The notes under the pieces were generated by a model, which worked only from the letters and a program-made list of their open reading frames with translations, did no database searches and had not been told where the DNA came from. A stretch of DNA of 64,000 nt. It comes from a virus. Positions 1 through 9,238 of this stretch are shown in pieces (within the stretch, counting starts at the first letter, position 1; every line of letters starts with the position of its first letter). Where the stretch lies: the IMG/VR virus record IMGVR_UViG_3300029922_000007, positions 64,001 to 128,000 of that record; one strand, written 5' to 3'. The position numbers were made by a program, and so were the translations under genes.

Positions 1-602
1 ATATGTAATTTATTGGGTACGAATATTTTGCAGAACCTTCTATGTCTTGCCGTAGGAAAAGATTTCTTAATTATTTTCAACAGGGTCTTTTCCGCTGACG
101 ACGAACCGTTAGAGGGTTTCATAGCCTTACAAATCTTGCTGAAGAATTCCTCCCCTCTTGATCGCGCGGTTTGATAACAACTAAAGTTTCCTTTTGCGAA
201 CTCACCGCGAGTTGGGTATCCATTCGCACAATTTTCGATCTTTTCGTCTGTCCATTTGAACCACGCATTGTTCTCCCCAGATCTATCGCACCATTTAGGC
301 ATGTGGGAGCAGACTTTATCCAAAAAAGCTTCTCCCTTTTTCCATGCTGCATTGTAATGAGAAGGAGAATTCGAGGAAAAGTCGGTGCGCCTGGTATACT
401 TGTTTGATTCAGATCGAATTTCTTGTTCCGAATAGGCCTCCGACTCTGAAGGGTCCATATGAGAACATATGCGGTCCAAGAACTCCTTGCCTAGGACGCA
501 AGCGGCCTGATAAGCACCGGAACTACCCTTACGGAAGTGACCTCGCTTCCCGTATTTCTTGGCTTCTTTCGGCAATGTCTGCTCGTTCCAGAGTTTCTTC
601 AT
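1..602 (-). CDS. Putative homing endonuclease with tandem N-terminal DNA-binding repeats; runs off the left edge, absent from the ORF track
   Basis: Manual translation from ATG at 602: MKKLWNEQTLPKEAKKYGKRGHFRKGSSGAYQAACVLGKEFLDRICSHM..., with three copies of E..KY..R..F......Y..A...G..FL..ICSHM, then SSSAEKTLL; no stop before position 1. Confidence 0.7.
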   Translation of the reverse strand, partial: MKKLWNEQTLPKEAKKYGKRGHFRKGSSGAYQAACVLGKEFLDRICSHMDPSESEAYSEQEIRSESNKYTRRTDFSSNSPSHYNAAWKKGEAFLDKVCSHMPKWCDRSGENNAWFKWTDEKIENCANGYPTRGEFAKGNFSCYQTARSRGEEFFSKICKAMKPSNGSSSAEKTLLKIIKKSFPTARHRRFCKIFVPNKLH

Positions 603-607
603 ACTAC

Positions 608-615
608 TAAGATTG
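608..615 (-). promoter_or_regulatory. CAATCTTA candidate late promoter
   Basis: 5 nt upstream of ATG at 602; same octamer recurs upstream of other - strand genes. Confidence 0.6.
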
Positions 616-711
616 TAGCACTTTATAGGAGTATGTAAGGACCAATTCTCCCATAAAATGTAAGGATGGCCCTATGATATAACCCTGTAAGACTACAAGG
701 AGTTACACTTT

Positions 712-1749
712 ATGGCTAAAAAAACAAAGCCCTTTCGAGACAGTCACGATCCAATGTTCAGTACCTTAGCGAAACAGGTCGCGTACAACATCTCCATCTA
801 TAAAGACGGCAAGAGCAACAAAGAGCACTTTGAGGAGCTAGTAGCCGCTGAGAAGGCTTTTCATGAACATCTCCTTAGCAATACGAAGTTATCTACTGAG
901 ATCTATAAGCGTTTTATTCAAGAAATTCGCTTAGTTAACAAGAATATCCTGTCCGCTAGACCGTATTTTAGGGAAACAGCGGACAACTTCTCCCTAAATA
1001 TTACCCCTGCACTTAAGCTGGACAATCCAGATGCCATGAAACCCTTTCAAATTAACTTTCATTTTGTTAAGTTCGCCAAAGACAAATGGAAGGGTCTTTG
1101 GACTAAAAAATGTGACACCTTATTCAAACGAGTAGAGCACTGTAGGACGGTACTGATCGCCTTAAATTTTCCCCTGGTCATAAATCGCGCCAAACTATTT
1201 TTTCGTAAAACTCCTAAGGGCCACCTTACGTTTATGGATATGATTGAAGTGTCATCTTTAGGTCTATGCGCTGGAATCGACAAGTATTGTGGAATTTACC
1301 GCGCCAACTTTATTGGCGTTTGCATCGGCAGAATTGTTGGAAACCTCATTGACGCTTTCAGTGAGACCCAATTGCATTTTTACCCTAACGACCGCCGTAT
1401 CCTCTATAGGGCTAATAGTATTAGGGGTAGAAGGGGTATTACTGACATCCCAGAGCTATGCAGAGCAGTCAACGACACCTTCGCCCAGGACCTTCTAGAG
1501 GGTAAGACAGCACCCCCAGTTATTACAGAGTCTAATCTCGCCTATCTAATGGCTGCAGCCTCTCCGATCTCTTCAGACTCCAACGTTGGGGAGGAGGGGT
1601 TTGGAGTTTACGACTTCACTTCAGACGGTAAGGAAAATGCAGAGGAAATGTTAAGCAGTAGGCAAGAAACTCAAACTATGGTTGTATTGGCACGAAAATT
1701 GCCTATTCTTAACCGTAAAGTTTTGAGGCTTAAGGGAATTGAGATTTGA
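712..1749 (+). CDS. Phage RNA polymerase sigma-70-like factor, region 4 truncated
   Basis: LIALNFPLVINRAKLF...LTFMDMIEVSSLGLCAGIDKY matches sigma regions 2.1/2.2; ends at LPILNRKVLRLKG (start of region 4.1); SD AAGGAG. Confidence 0.75.
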   Translation: MAKKTKPFRDSHDPMFSTLAKQVAYNISIYKDGKSNKEHFEELVAAEKAFHEHLLSNTKLSTEIYKRFIQEIRLVNKNILSARPYFRETADNFSLNITPALKLDNPDAMKPFQINFHFVKFAKDKWKGLWTKKCDTLFKRVEHCRTVLIALNFPLVINRAKLFFRKTPKGHLTFMDMIEVSSLGLCAGIDKYCGIYRANFIGVCIGRIVGNLIDAFSETQLHFYPNDRRILYRANSIRGRRGITDIPELCRAVNDTFAQDLLEGKTAPPVITESNLAYLMAAASPISSDSNVGEEGFGVYDFTSDGKENAEEMLSSRQETQTMVVLARKLPILNRKVLRLKGIEI

Positions 1750-1773
1750 CTTCTAGTTTAGGTGTGGTATAGT
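1746..1773 (+). promoter_or_regulatory. Sigma-70-type promoter
   Basis: TTGACT-16-TATAGT with TGn extension; SD AGGAGA before ATG 1790. Confidence 0.65.
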
Positions 1774-1789
1774 TTCTACAGGAGATTTT

Positions 1790-2101
1790 ATGACTTTTTC
1801 ACTCAACAATCGACTCGTTCTAGAAGCTTATGTTAAAGACGGTCTCAGGGCCAAAGTTCAAAACGGTATCGCTACTCCTGGCCAACGGGACGGCTTGAAA
1901 GGACTCCGGGTTCTAGTTGGCACAGTTCTTGCCGATGGGCGTCATATCCCCAAGGGCTCTACGGCCTACATCCGAGAAGAAACCTTGCATAATGCTGCTT
2001 GGGCTGCTAAACTCCTTACCTGTGACTTCCTAACCGAAAAGTTCATCTTGGCTAACCTTCAGGATATTGAACTGATCTCAACCCCAGACGAGGCTGCTTA
2101 A
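1790..2101 (+). CDS. groES: GroES/Cpn10-like co-chaperonin
   Basis: SLNNRLVLE...KVQNGIATPG...VLVGTVLADG...KGSTAYI...FILANLQDIELI parallels GroES PLHDRVIV/GGIVLP/VKVGD/IMSESDILA; 103 aa. Confidence 0.55.
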   Translation: MTFSLNNRLVLEAYVKDGLRAKVQNGIATPGQRDGLKGLRVLVGTVLADGRHIPKGSTAYIREETLHNAAWAAKLLTCDFLTEKFILANLQDIELISTPDEAA

Positions 2102-2102
2102 T

Positions 2103-2297
2103 ATGTCACTTCTTATTGTCCTTTTTACCATGCTTTCCATTTTTCTCGTAGTCGCTTCCTTCATTCTTCAGGCCTATGGTACAGTTCTTTGTTTTAAAAA
2201 GAAGTGGTATATGGGATTGGCCGCTTTGGCTGTTCCTGGATTTGCACTGGTAGTCGGTGCAGCTAAGGCTTTCTTTAAAAAGGACCTCCTTACGTGA
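2103..2297 (+). CDS. Small membrane protein (two TM segments)
   Basis: Two hydrophobic stretches; operon-coupled. Confidence 0.6.
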   Translation: MSLLIVLFTMLSIFLVVASFILQAYGTVLCFKKKWYMGLAALAVPGFALVVGAAKAFFKKDLLT

Positions 2298-2476
2298 GAA
2301 TCGGTAGGCTCGACATTCACTGGTCCCCTGTACGGCGCTTCTACTACGATGTAGGAGTGTGCGGATGCAGGTTCGTGAATTTTGGGCTCCTATACGCCAC
2401 GTGGATTAGCGAACAATGTAAGTGCGGCATCTGTCGGCAATACGTTTGTTCTTGCCCTGAGGATCACTTTCAATGA
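2294..2476 (+). CDS. Small Cys-rich hypothetical protein
   Basis: 4-nt overlaps on both sides; CGC/CKCGIC/CSC. Confidence 0.55.
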   Translation: MRIGRLDIHWSPVRRFYYDVGVCGCRFVNFGLLYATWISEQCKCGICRQYVCSCPEDHFQ

Positions 2477-4431
2477 AGATACTTCGTTTAGGCGATCCCC
2501 ACGTTAAGGTCTCCAACATAAAAGAGTCAGAAGCTCTCATGCAGTTCGTCCTATTCACGGCTACGGAACGAAAAGTGGATCGGATTGAAATTCTCGGAGA
2601 TCAGTTCGACAACCATAGCATTCTGAGACTAGAGGTTCTTGAGTTCTGGCAACGTTGGCTTTGGAACTTAAGCGATAGAGCTTATTCTTTCGATACGTAC
2701 GTTCTAACTGGAAATCACGACATTTCCGGCGATAATACCAATAACTATAGTGCCTTACAGGTTTTTAATGACATAGAGTTCGTAAACATCGTTAGTTCCC
2801 CTGTGGTGGTTGGAGCGATAGGGTATGCACCATATATCCACGATAATGCCAAATTCGTAGAGGAAGCCAATAAACTTGCTGATCAAGGAGCTAAAATCCT
2901 CGTTTCCCATACTACCTACCAGGGGTCCAAGTATGATAATGGTATGTACGCTCCAGATGGGGTAGATCCAGATCTTTTGGATCCTAGGCTTACTCATCTT
3001 ATTTCTGGTCACGTTCACTGTTACTCTTCCGACACAGAGTTTTTGACCGAAACCGGTTGGAAAACTTACGAAAACGTAAAAAGCGAAGACAACTTAATAA
3101 CCTTTGACATAAAAGAAAATTTATTGAAGCGGTCCCCTATTCTTGGACGGATAAGTAAGAATGTAAAAGAAGATTTGATTCGAATAAAAAACCAACACGT
3201 GGACCTTCTTCTTACGGATGGTCATAACGTCATCCTTAAACGTATCTTACCTGAAAGAGAAATAACCGATTTTGAAAAGTATAGGGCAGATAGTATCCCA
3301 GGATATGCATGTAAAATGCCGGTTAGCGCAAGGCTTGACCGTAGCGGAATCCCACTTTCTAACGACGAAATCAGACTTATCGTTTGGCTGATTACTGACG
3401 GAACTATAGAATTCAAAAACAAAGAAACCGAAAGATGTCAGATTAGATGGCACCTAAAAAAAGAACGAAAAATTTCTCGATTATCGAATCTCCTAGATAG
3501 GCTTAACATAAAGTACAGCAAAAATTTACAAAAATCTGGCACAACAAAAATAAATATCCTTTCGGACAACCACTATAAGGATAAGCTGCTGGAATGGTGT
3601 CTTTTAAATAGAACTAAGCAGATCCCCCTCTTCTTAAGAGACATGTCATTCGAACAATTCAACGCATTTATAGAAGAGTACGCTAATACTGATGGCAATT
3701 ACGGAACCTTCAGTGATAGGGTCGTTCAAATATCTACATCGAAAAAGAACGAAGCCGATCTCATACAGGAAATTTGTCACACGAACGGCGCTTCATGCAA
3801 AATAAGAGCTAAAAAGGGTAAGATCTCCCATAACATGCTTTATGTTAACTTAGATAGGGTAGATACAGAATTTGTAAGATGTAATAATGTTACTCGTGAA
3901 TCATACGAAGGACGCGTTGTTTGTTTTACCGTAAAAGAAGGTACTCTCTTAGTAAGAAGGAATGGAATGGTTTCGATATCTGGAAACTGCGAACAAGAGT
4001 TTGGACGCGTTTCCTATCCAGGAACAGCTCGATGGCTTTCTAAAAGTTGCGCTAATCGTCGGAAGGGCATTTGGATGGTCGAACACGACGATGTTACTGG
4101 AGCTATCCTATCTAAAGAATTTATCTCTACGGAAAATGTTTGCCAGCCCATCGTATCCATCAAGTGGAGCGAAGGTGAGGATAAACCTGAGATTCCTGAA
4201 AGTTCTAAGGTTGACATTGAGCTTGTGGGATCTTCCGAGTGGGTTTTAGCGCAGAAAAAGGAACTTAAGGGAACAGTTTCAGTGAGTTCCAAGATCACAG
4301 ACATCAAAAAATCAAAAACTCGTAAGGCCGGAAAATCTCTTTTCGAATTTCTTTCCGAGCACTATCAGGCCTCTCCAGAAAAACGCGACAAACTGATTCA
4401 ATACATGAAGGAGCAAAAATTGCTTGGCTGA
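2473..4431 (+). CDS. Mre11/SbcD (gp47-like) metallophosphoesterase nuclease containing an intein
   Basis: GDPH, GDQFD, GNHD, SH and GHVH motifs, YPGT after the intein; partner SbcC gene at 6903. Confidence 0.88.
   Translation: MKILRLGDPHVKVSNIKESEALMQFVLFTATERKVDRIEILGDQFDNHSILRLEVLEFWQRWLWNLSDRAYSFDTYVLTGNHDISGDNTNNYSALQVFNDIEFVNIVSSPVVVGAIGYAPYIHDNAKFVEEANKLADQGAKILVSHTTYQGSKYDNGMYAPDGVDPDLLDPRLTHLISGHVHCYSSDTEFLTETGWKTYENVKSEDNLITFDIKENLLKRSPILGRISKNVKEDLIRIKNQHVDLLLTDGHNVILKRILPEREITDFEKYRADSIPGYACKMPVSARLDRSGIPLSNDEIRLIVWLITDGTIEFKNKETERCQIRWHLKKERKISRLSNLLDRLNIKYSKNLQKSGTTKINILSDNHYKDKLLEWCLLNRTKQIPLFLRDMSFEQFNAFIEEYANTDGNYGTFSDRVVQISTSKKNEADLIQEICHTNGASCKIRAKKGKISHNMLYVNLDRVDTEFVRCNNVTRESYEGRVVCFTVKEGTLLVRRNGMVSISGNCEQEFGRVSYPGTARWLSKSCANRRKGIWMVEHDDVTGAILSKEFISTENVCQPIVSIKWSEGEDKPEIPESSKVDIELVGSSEWVLAQKKELKGTVSVSSKITDIKKSKTRKAGKSLFEFLSEHYQASPEKRDKLIQYMKEQKLLG
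3019..3987 (+). mobile_element. Intein (323 aa) with LAGLIDADG endonuclease
   Basis: Starts CYSSDTEFLTETGW right after GHVH; block B LLTDGHNV; IVWLITDG and EYANTDG LAGLIDADG motifs; ends VCFTVKEGTLLVRRNG...SGN before Cys+1. Confidence 0.92.
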
Positions 4432-4750
4432 AGAAAACCCTCCCATTGGTGATTTGACCAAACTCATGATGTTTTTTGGCCGTATATCTGAAGTTCACAT
4501 GAAAAATCTTCAGTCGTACCCTTACATTTTCTTTAACGAGATCGAAGCAGCCCAACTGGACTATAACGTGGCTACTGCTGATAAGTCCGAACCTACCATT
4601 TTCTCCTATACCCTCCTTTTGAACCTAGAAGCTAACGACCAACTCGAAAAACGTTACAAGGCCTTGGAAGATGCTGTCCGTAAGCTCTTCTGGAAAGAAG
4701 CTCGTATTAAAGTAACCGTTAACATGGAAGAGGTATACGAGAGTGAGTGA
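4424..4750 (+). CDS. Hypothetical protein
   Basis: Coupled ORF; SD AAGGAG. Confidence 0.6.
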   Translation: MAEENPPIGDLTKLMMFFGRISEVHMKNLQSYPYIFFNEIEAAQLDYNVATADKSEPTIFSYTLLLNLEANDQLEKRYKALEDAVRKLFWKEARIKVTVNMEEVYESE

Positions 4751-5480
4751 TAACCTACCCGCAAAGATCAAGAATCCAAATGGTGATTTTACGCTTTCTG
4801 ACCTTGATAAGATCAAGGATTTCAAGGAAAAGGGCATGCCTGGACTCCACACTCTGGATGTGGACCACGTCGAACGCGCTATGGCCCTCTATTTGGGTGG
4901 TAAGAGCTATCGCCAAATCTGTAATATCCTTAAGGTACCTAAAACCATCATTTTGTTCTTATCCGACAAGTTCAATTGGTATGAACTTAGGTGGAACTAC
5001 CTCGACGAACTCAAAGAAACGATGGCACCTAAGATTATCGAATCCAAACTCCAATCCCAAGAGTTTTTGCTCCACCTCTCATTGGCCTATAGGAAGAGGA
5101 TTGGCACGAATATCGATCGATTTCTTAGAACTGATGACGCTAAGCACTTTGATGAGATAGACGGTAAAGATGTCACTAACTTACTCAAGATTGAAGAAAT
5201 GCTTCATAAGCTTAGTTCAGAGAATTATAGTCCTGGACAAGGAGATAAGTCTCTGATAGCATTGAACGGTATGGGCGAAGGTATGACTATTACCAAAACT
5301 AGCAATAATAGCGTTGAAATTACCCCTAAAAATACATTTGCGTCCAAGCTTAAACAATTTGCAGATCTTAAACGTGCCCAAGAAGAAGCAGACAAGCCCA
5401 TCCCCAAAGAAGCTCATGATATAAAGAGTGAAGTAGTTAACCCTAACCCCGAGAAAAAAGATGAAAAAACTCCTGTTTAG
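4743..5480 (+). CDS. HTH DNA-binding protein (possibly terminase-small-subunit-like)
   Basis: AMALYLGGKSYRQICNILKVPKTII..NW HTH pattern. Confidence 0.5.
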   Translation: MSDNLPAKIKNPNGDFTLSDLDKIKDFKEKGMPGLHTLDVDHVERAMALYLGGKSYRQICNILKVPKTIILFLSDKFNWYELRWNYLDELKETMAPKIIESKLQSQEFLLHLSLAYRKRIGTNIDRFLRTDDAKHFDEIDGKDVTNLLKIEEMLHKLSSENYSPGQGDKSLIALNGMGEGMTITKTSNNSVEITPKNTFASKLKQFADLKRAQEEADKPIPKEAHDIKSEVVNPNPEKKDEKTPV

Positions 5481-6318
5481 CCTTACAGTCCTTATGTTGC
5501 TTCTGATCCCCGGTACTTCCATTTCTAAGAGTAATGTCCCTGAAACTATTGTCATCACTGGCGACAATCTTCTCACTCTTAGCGGAGAAGTTAACGGAGA
5601 TAGCGTTGGTCCAATCATCATGAGGGCTAAGGAGCTTGACGCCAAGCTTTCCTCAGGTAAAATTACGCACGATCATACGACGCCACTCTATCTGTACATT
5701 AACAGTCCCGGTGGTAGCGTTCAAAGTGGCCTGGAAATGATCGAGGCTCTTAAAGGTCTCGGTCGTCCGGTACATACAATTACAGCGTTCGGGGCGTCTA
5801 TGGCGTGGCAGACTGTTCAAAATTTGGACGAACGGTACGTGCTCAAATCAGGTATTTTGATGAGTCATCGCGCTGCCGGTCAGTTTTCCGGTTCTTTTGG
5901 CGGAACTGCCCCCTCCCAGCTGGATAGTCGTGTTCGTTTGTGGACGCAGATCACTAAGGAAATGGATGAAGCTACGGTAGCCCGCACCAATGGTAAACAG
6001 ACCCTTAGTAGCTATCAGGCAGCCTATAGCCCAGAACTTTGGGTTACCGGACAGGAAGCTGTAAATCAGGGGTATGCTGATGCGGTCGTTAAGGTTAAGT
6101 GCGGAAAGGATCTCACCGGCACTACGAAACATGAGACAGAATTTTTAGGTCTTCCGGTTTCTTACGAGCTTGATGCTTGCCCACTGAATAGCTCTCCGAT
6201 GAACATCCACTTTGGATTTATCTTTGGTGTTTCACAGGACTACATTGATCGAGTAAAAGAACAGTTCCTATCTGGATACCAAATGAAGATGAGCACTCCC
6301 CTTCCACTGGTGTTCTAA
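5461..6318 (+). CDS. ClpP-family (S14) protease with N-terminal signal peptide
   Basis: LYINSPGGSV, GASMA (catalytic Ser), LMSH (His), EAVNQGYADAV; MKK+hydrophobic leader. Confidence 0.85.
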   Translation: MKKLLFSLTVLMLLLIPGTSISKSNVPETIVITGDNLLTLSGEVNGDSVGPIIMRAKELDAKLSSGKITHDHTTPLYLYINSPGGSVQSGLEMIEALKGLGRPVHTITAFGASMAWQTVQNLDERYVLKSGILMSHRAAGQFSGSFGGTAPSQLDSRVRLWTQITKEMDEATVARTNGKQTLSSYQAAYSPELWVTGQEAVNQGYADAVVKVKCGKDLTGTTKHETEFLGLPVSYELDACPLNSSPMNIHFGFIFGVSQDYIDRVKEQFLSGYQMKMSTPLPLVF

Positions 6319-6570
6319 GTGCCTCTCATCTCCTATTCTTGCATCTGTGGTGAAACTACTAAGAAGTATCTGAAGCTGGCTAAGGATGCGGCCTCTTCAG
6401 TTACGTGTAAGTGCGGGTTAGAAGCGAAGAAGGTCTTTGGAACCACCTCAAATAGCTATAAAGTAACCATCGATCTTCCAGGCATGAGTAGGGCCATCGA
6501 AGTGCTTCCCGATATCCAAGAGATCAATGACGAGAGGTCAGCCAGGGACTACACCGAAGACCAGGATTGA
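6319..6570 (+). CDS. FmdB-like zinc-ribbon protein
   Basis: MPLISYSCICG...CKCG. Confidence 0.6.
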   Translation: MPLISYSCICGETTKKYLKLAKDAASSVTCKCGLEAKKVFGTTSNSYKVTIDLPGMSRAIEVLPDIQEINDERSARDYTEDQD

Positions 6571-6601
6571 CAAACTCTTCCTTTTATGAGAGGATGGCTA
6601 G

Positions 6602-6754
6602 ATGACGCTCGAATGCTTAGACCCAACTCGCTGCACCCCCTCTGATTTTCTCTCCATGTGTCCCAATTGCATGCTTAACCTGGAGAAATTGGCGATAATG
6701 AATGCTGCCAATATGGGGGTGCCAGATTATTTCTACATCACGTTGACCACATAG
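6602..6754 (+). CDS. Small hypothetical protein (50 aa)
   Basis: [11 protein letters not shown]...CPNC... downstream of TTGACA-17-GAGGAT (6567-6595). Confidence 0.4.
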   Translation: MTLECLDPTRCTPSDFLSMCPNCMLNLEKLAIMNAANMGVPDYFYITLTT

Positions 6755-6855
6755 AGGCGCTGCGAGGGAAGAATGTGTGCGGGCTTCATGTTCCTTGGAA
6801 TCTACAAATTTTGACCGCAAAAGAAAACATGAGTAAGGGCAATAGAGGCTCTTGA
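6736..6855 (+). pseudogene. HNH endonuclease C-terminal remnant
   Basis: Frame reads [36 protein letters not shown]; in-frame TAA at 6676 and no ATG/GTG/TTG start between. Confidence 0.75.
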
Positions 6856-6902
6856 GTAGAACCTACAAAGACACAAGATATACTTAATAGGACAAACCCT
6901 TA

Positions 6903-9236
6903 ATGTTGATCCCCAAATCTCTCACTCTAGCAAATATTGGCCGGTTCGTAGAACCCCAAACTGTAGACTTTACGAAACTTGGATCGCTCGTTCAAGTTGA
7001 GGGTATCAACAATAATACAAATGGCAGTTCGGGCGCAGCCAAAAGCACTTTATTTAAATCTTTCAATTGGTTATTAGGACTTGACGGCCCCTCAACTACT
7101 ATTTTACAATCTCGCCTAACTAAAGAGCATATTGAAGTCTCGGGAATATTCGACTATGACGGTCAACCCCTCAAGATCTCTCGCGGTCGTAAACTTTCGA
7201 TCGAACTGAATGGCGTATTAACTACCGGTAGCTCCAAGCTAACAGAAGAGCTTCTAGATTCAATCATTGGAATGGATCGAGATCTATTCTCTAAAATCTT
7301 GCATAAGAAGCAGGGTTCAGGCGGATTTTTTTTGGAACTTGGACCAAGTAAAACCTACGAATTTTTGACCAAATGCCTTAGCCTGGACAAAGAGCAGGCA
7401 AAGATCACAACACTAGACCTTCGCCTGGACACTCTCGCCAAAAAGGAAGCTTCCCTAAAATCCGATATCGAATCTAACAAGTCAGGCCTTGAAGCCACTC
7501 AAAACGCCATTTTTAGCCTTGGCTCTGCTCCCAGTGGTCCAAATCCCGATTCGTTAGCGCTTCTCAAACAAGCTCACGTTCAAGCAACTGATACCCATCG
7601 GCTAGTGGTCGAGAGTCTAAAAGTTCAAATGGAAGAGCTTGAGAAGTCTAGGCCTCAAGTCACCGTTACTCCATACGATCGGTCCAAAATCGTCCAACTG
7701 GAACTAGAAATCGACCAAGTAAAGACACACGTAGCCCAACTCGAAAAAGCAGAGCATGATAGGCAATCCGAAGTCAAATCTAAGATCTCAGAGCTTCAGA
7801 TCCTGGCTTCCAAACTAGGACAATCTGAGATTACTAGGCAAAACGACATTAAGACCCAAATTTCCAGTCTTAGGGTAGAGATCGCCAAACTTCAGGGGTT
7901 GGAGCAAAGTAGGCAAAGTAACGCTAAGTCTTTCGTTTCAGCTCTACAGATCGAGCTGATCAAGGCCCAAGCTCTGGTAGCGCAAGGAGTTAAGGCTAAG
8001 GAAGAGGCTACAACCCTTGCTAAGGAGCTGCAGAAAGTAAAGACAGCTCTGTGCCCTACCTGTGAACGCGGCGATTGGGTTAACGATGCTTGTAAGGCCA
8101 AGGAAGCGGAGATCCTTGGTAAGCTGCTAGAATATAAGAAAACGATCATTGCTGGGACTGAAGCTTCCGGTAAGATAACTACCATTAACGAGCAGTTGGA
8201 ATTCTATAAAGAAGGGGCTAAACCTAGGCATCCTACTGATCAGATCGATCTTACTAAGAAAATCGCTGAATTAGAGGAAGATGCGAATCCTAGGGTGATC
8301 CCGGAAGTGTCCGAGCTTAGCTATCAGGTAGAGCATCTTAAGAGCGAACTTAGCCCCAAGATAGACCCGAAAGTTGTAGATTTGGGCCATACTCTTACCG
8401 CAACCACAGCCGTCCTTGGACATGAAAGGGCCTTCGAAAGAGACCACCAGTTTAAAGAGAACGCTAAATCACAACTTATACTTGTTAATTACGCGCAAAA
8501 ACAAACCGAACTCCGTAAAGAGCACCAATTTGCAGTGAAGTTCGCGCAAGACGCTGAGCAAAAGGCTCTCCATAGTCTTCGGGAAGTAGAATACGCCTTT
8601 AAGTCTTTTAAGGAAGCTAAGGCTAAGTTCGACCAATCCCAGGTGATGTTGGGGATGCAAGCTTCCACCTACCAGAACGAGATTGAACGGATTACTACCG
8701 AGTTACAGTATACCAATGAAGAACTTGAACTTGCCTTTTGGTCGAAAGAGGCCGTTAAGTCATATCTCTCCTGTTCCTTTGAAAGCGCCCTAGAAAGCAT
8801 TGGAGATGAGGCTACTCGAAGAATCCGTAGGCTCCCAAATATGCAGACTGCCACTTTGCAATTTGATGGACTAAAAGAGAATAAGGACGGTAAGGTTAAA
8901 GAAGAGGTGAATGCCATTCTTTCCATGGACGGGGAATTGGGGATACCCGTAAAGAGTCTGTCTGGCGGGGAGAGGTCTTCTGTGGACTTAGCCGTAGATC
9001 TTAGTGTGGTCAGGTTTATCGAAGAGACCACCGGTAAGGGGATTAACGTGATGTTGCTTGACGAATTCACGAACGGCCTGGATACTGTCAATATTATTGA
9101 AGCCCTTGAAATGTTAAGGGATAGCAATCCGGATAAGCAAATTCTTTTAATCGAACATAGTCCGGTAGCATCTCAATTTATTGACTGTAAGTTGATAGTA
9201 GTAAGAGACGGATCAACGAGTAAGATTACTCAATAG
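6903..9236 (+). CDS. Rad50/SbcC (gp46-like) ATPase
   Basis: Walker A GSSGAAKST, coiled coil with CPTC zinc hook, LSGGE signature, LLDE Walker B, IEH. Confidence 0.92.
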   Translation: MLIPKSLTLANIGRFVEPQTVDFTKLGSLVQVEGINNNTNGSSGAAKSTLFKSFNWLLGLDGPSTTILQSRLTKEHIEVSGIFDYDGQPLKISRGRKLSIELNGVLTTGSSKLTEELLDSIIGMDRDLFSKILHKKQGSGGFFLELGPSKTYEFLTKCLSLDKEQAKITTLDLRLDTLAKKEASLKSDIESNKSGLEATQNAIFSLGSAPSGPNPDSLALLKQAHVQATDTHRLVVESLKVQMEELEKSRPQVTVTPYDRSKIVQLELEIDQVKTHVAQLEKAEHDRQSEVKSKISELQILASKLGQSEITRQNDIKTQISSLRVEIAKLQGLEQSRQSNAKSFVSALQIELIKAQALVAQGVKAKEEATTLAKELQKVKTALCPTCERGDWVNDACKAKEAEILGKLLEYKKTIIAGTEASGKITTINEQLEFYKEGAKPRHPTDQIDLTKKIAELEEDANPRVIPEVSELSYQVEHLKSELSPKIDPKVVDLGHTLTATTAVLGHERAFERDHQFKENAKSQLILVNYAQKQTELRKEHQFAVKFAQDAEQKALHSLREVEYAFKSFKEAKAKFDQSQVMLGMQASTYQNEIERITTELQYTNEELELAFWSKEAVKSYLSCSFESALESIGDEATRRIRRLPNMQTATLQFDGLKENKDGKVKEEVNAILSMDGELGIPVKSLSGGERSSVDLAVDLSVVRFIEETTGKGINVMLLDEFTNGLDTVNIIEALEMLRDSNPDKQILLIEHSPVASQFIDCKLIVVRDGSTSKITQ

Positions 9237-9238
9237 CT

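Noticed and set aside
119-610. Three short track ORFs (119-352, 171-407, 344-610)
   Set aside because: Shadows of the real - strand gene starting at 602 that runs off the window.
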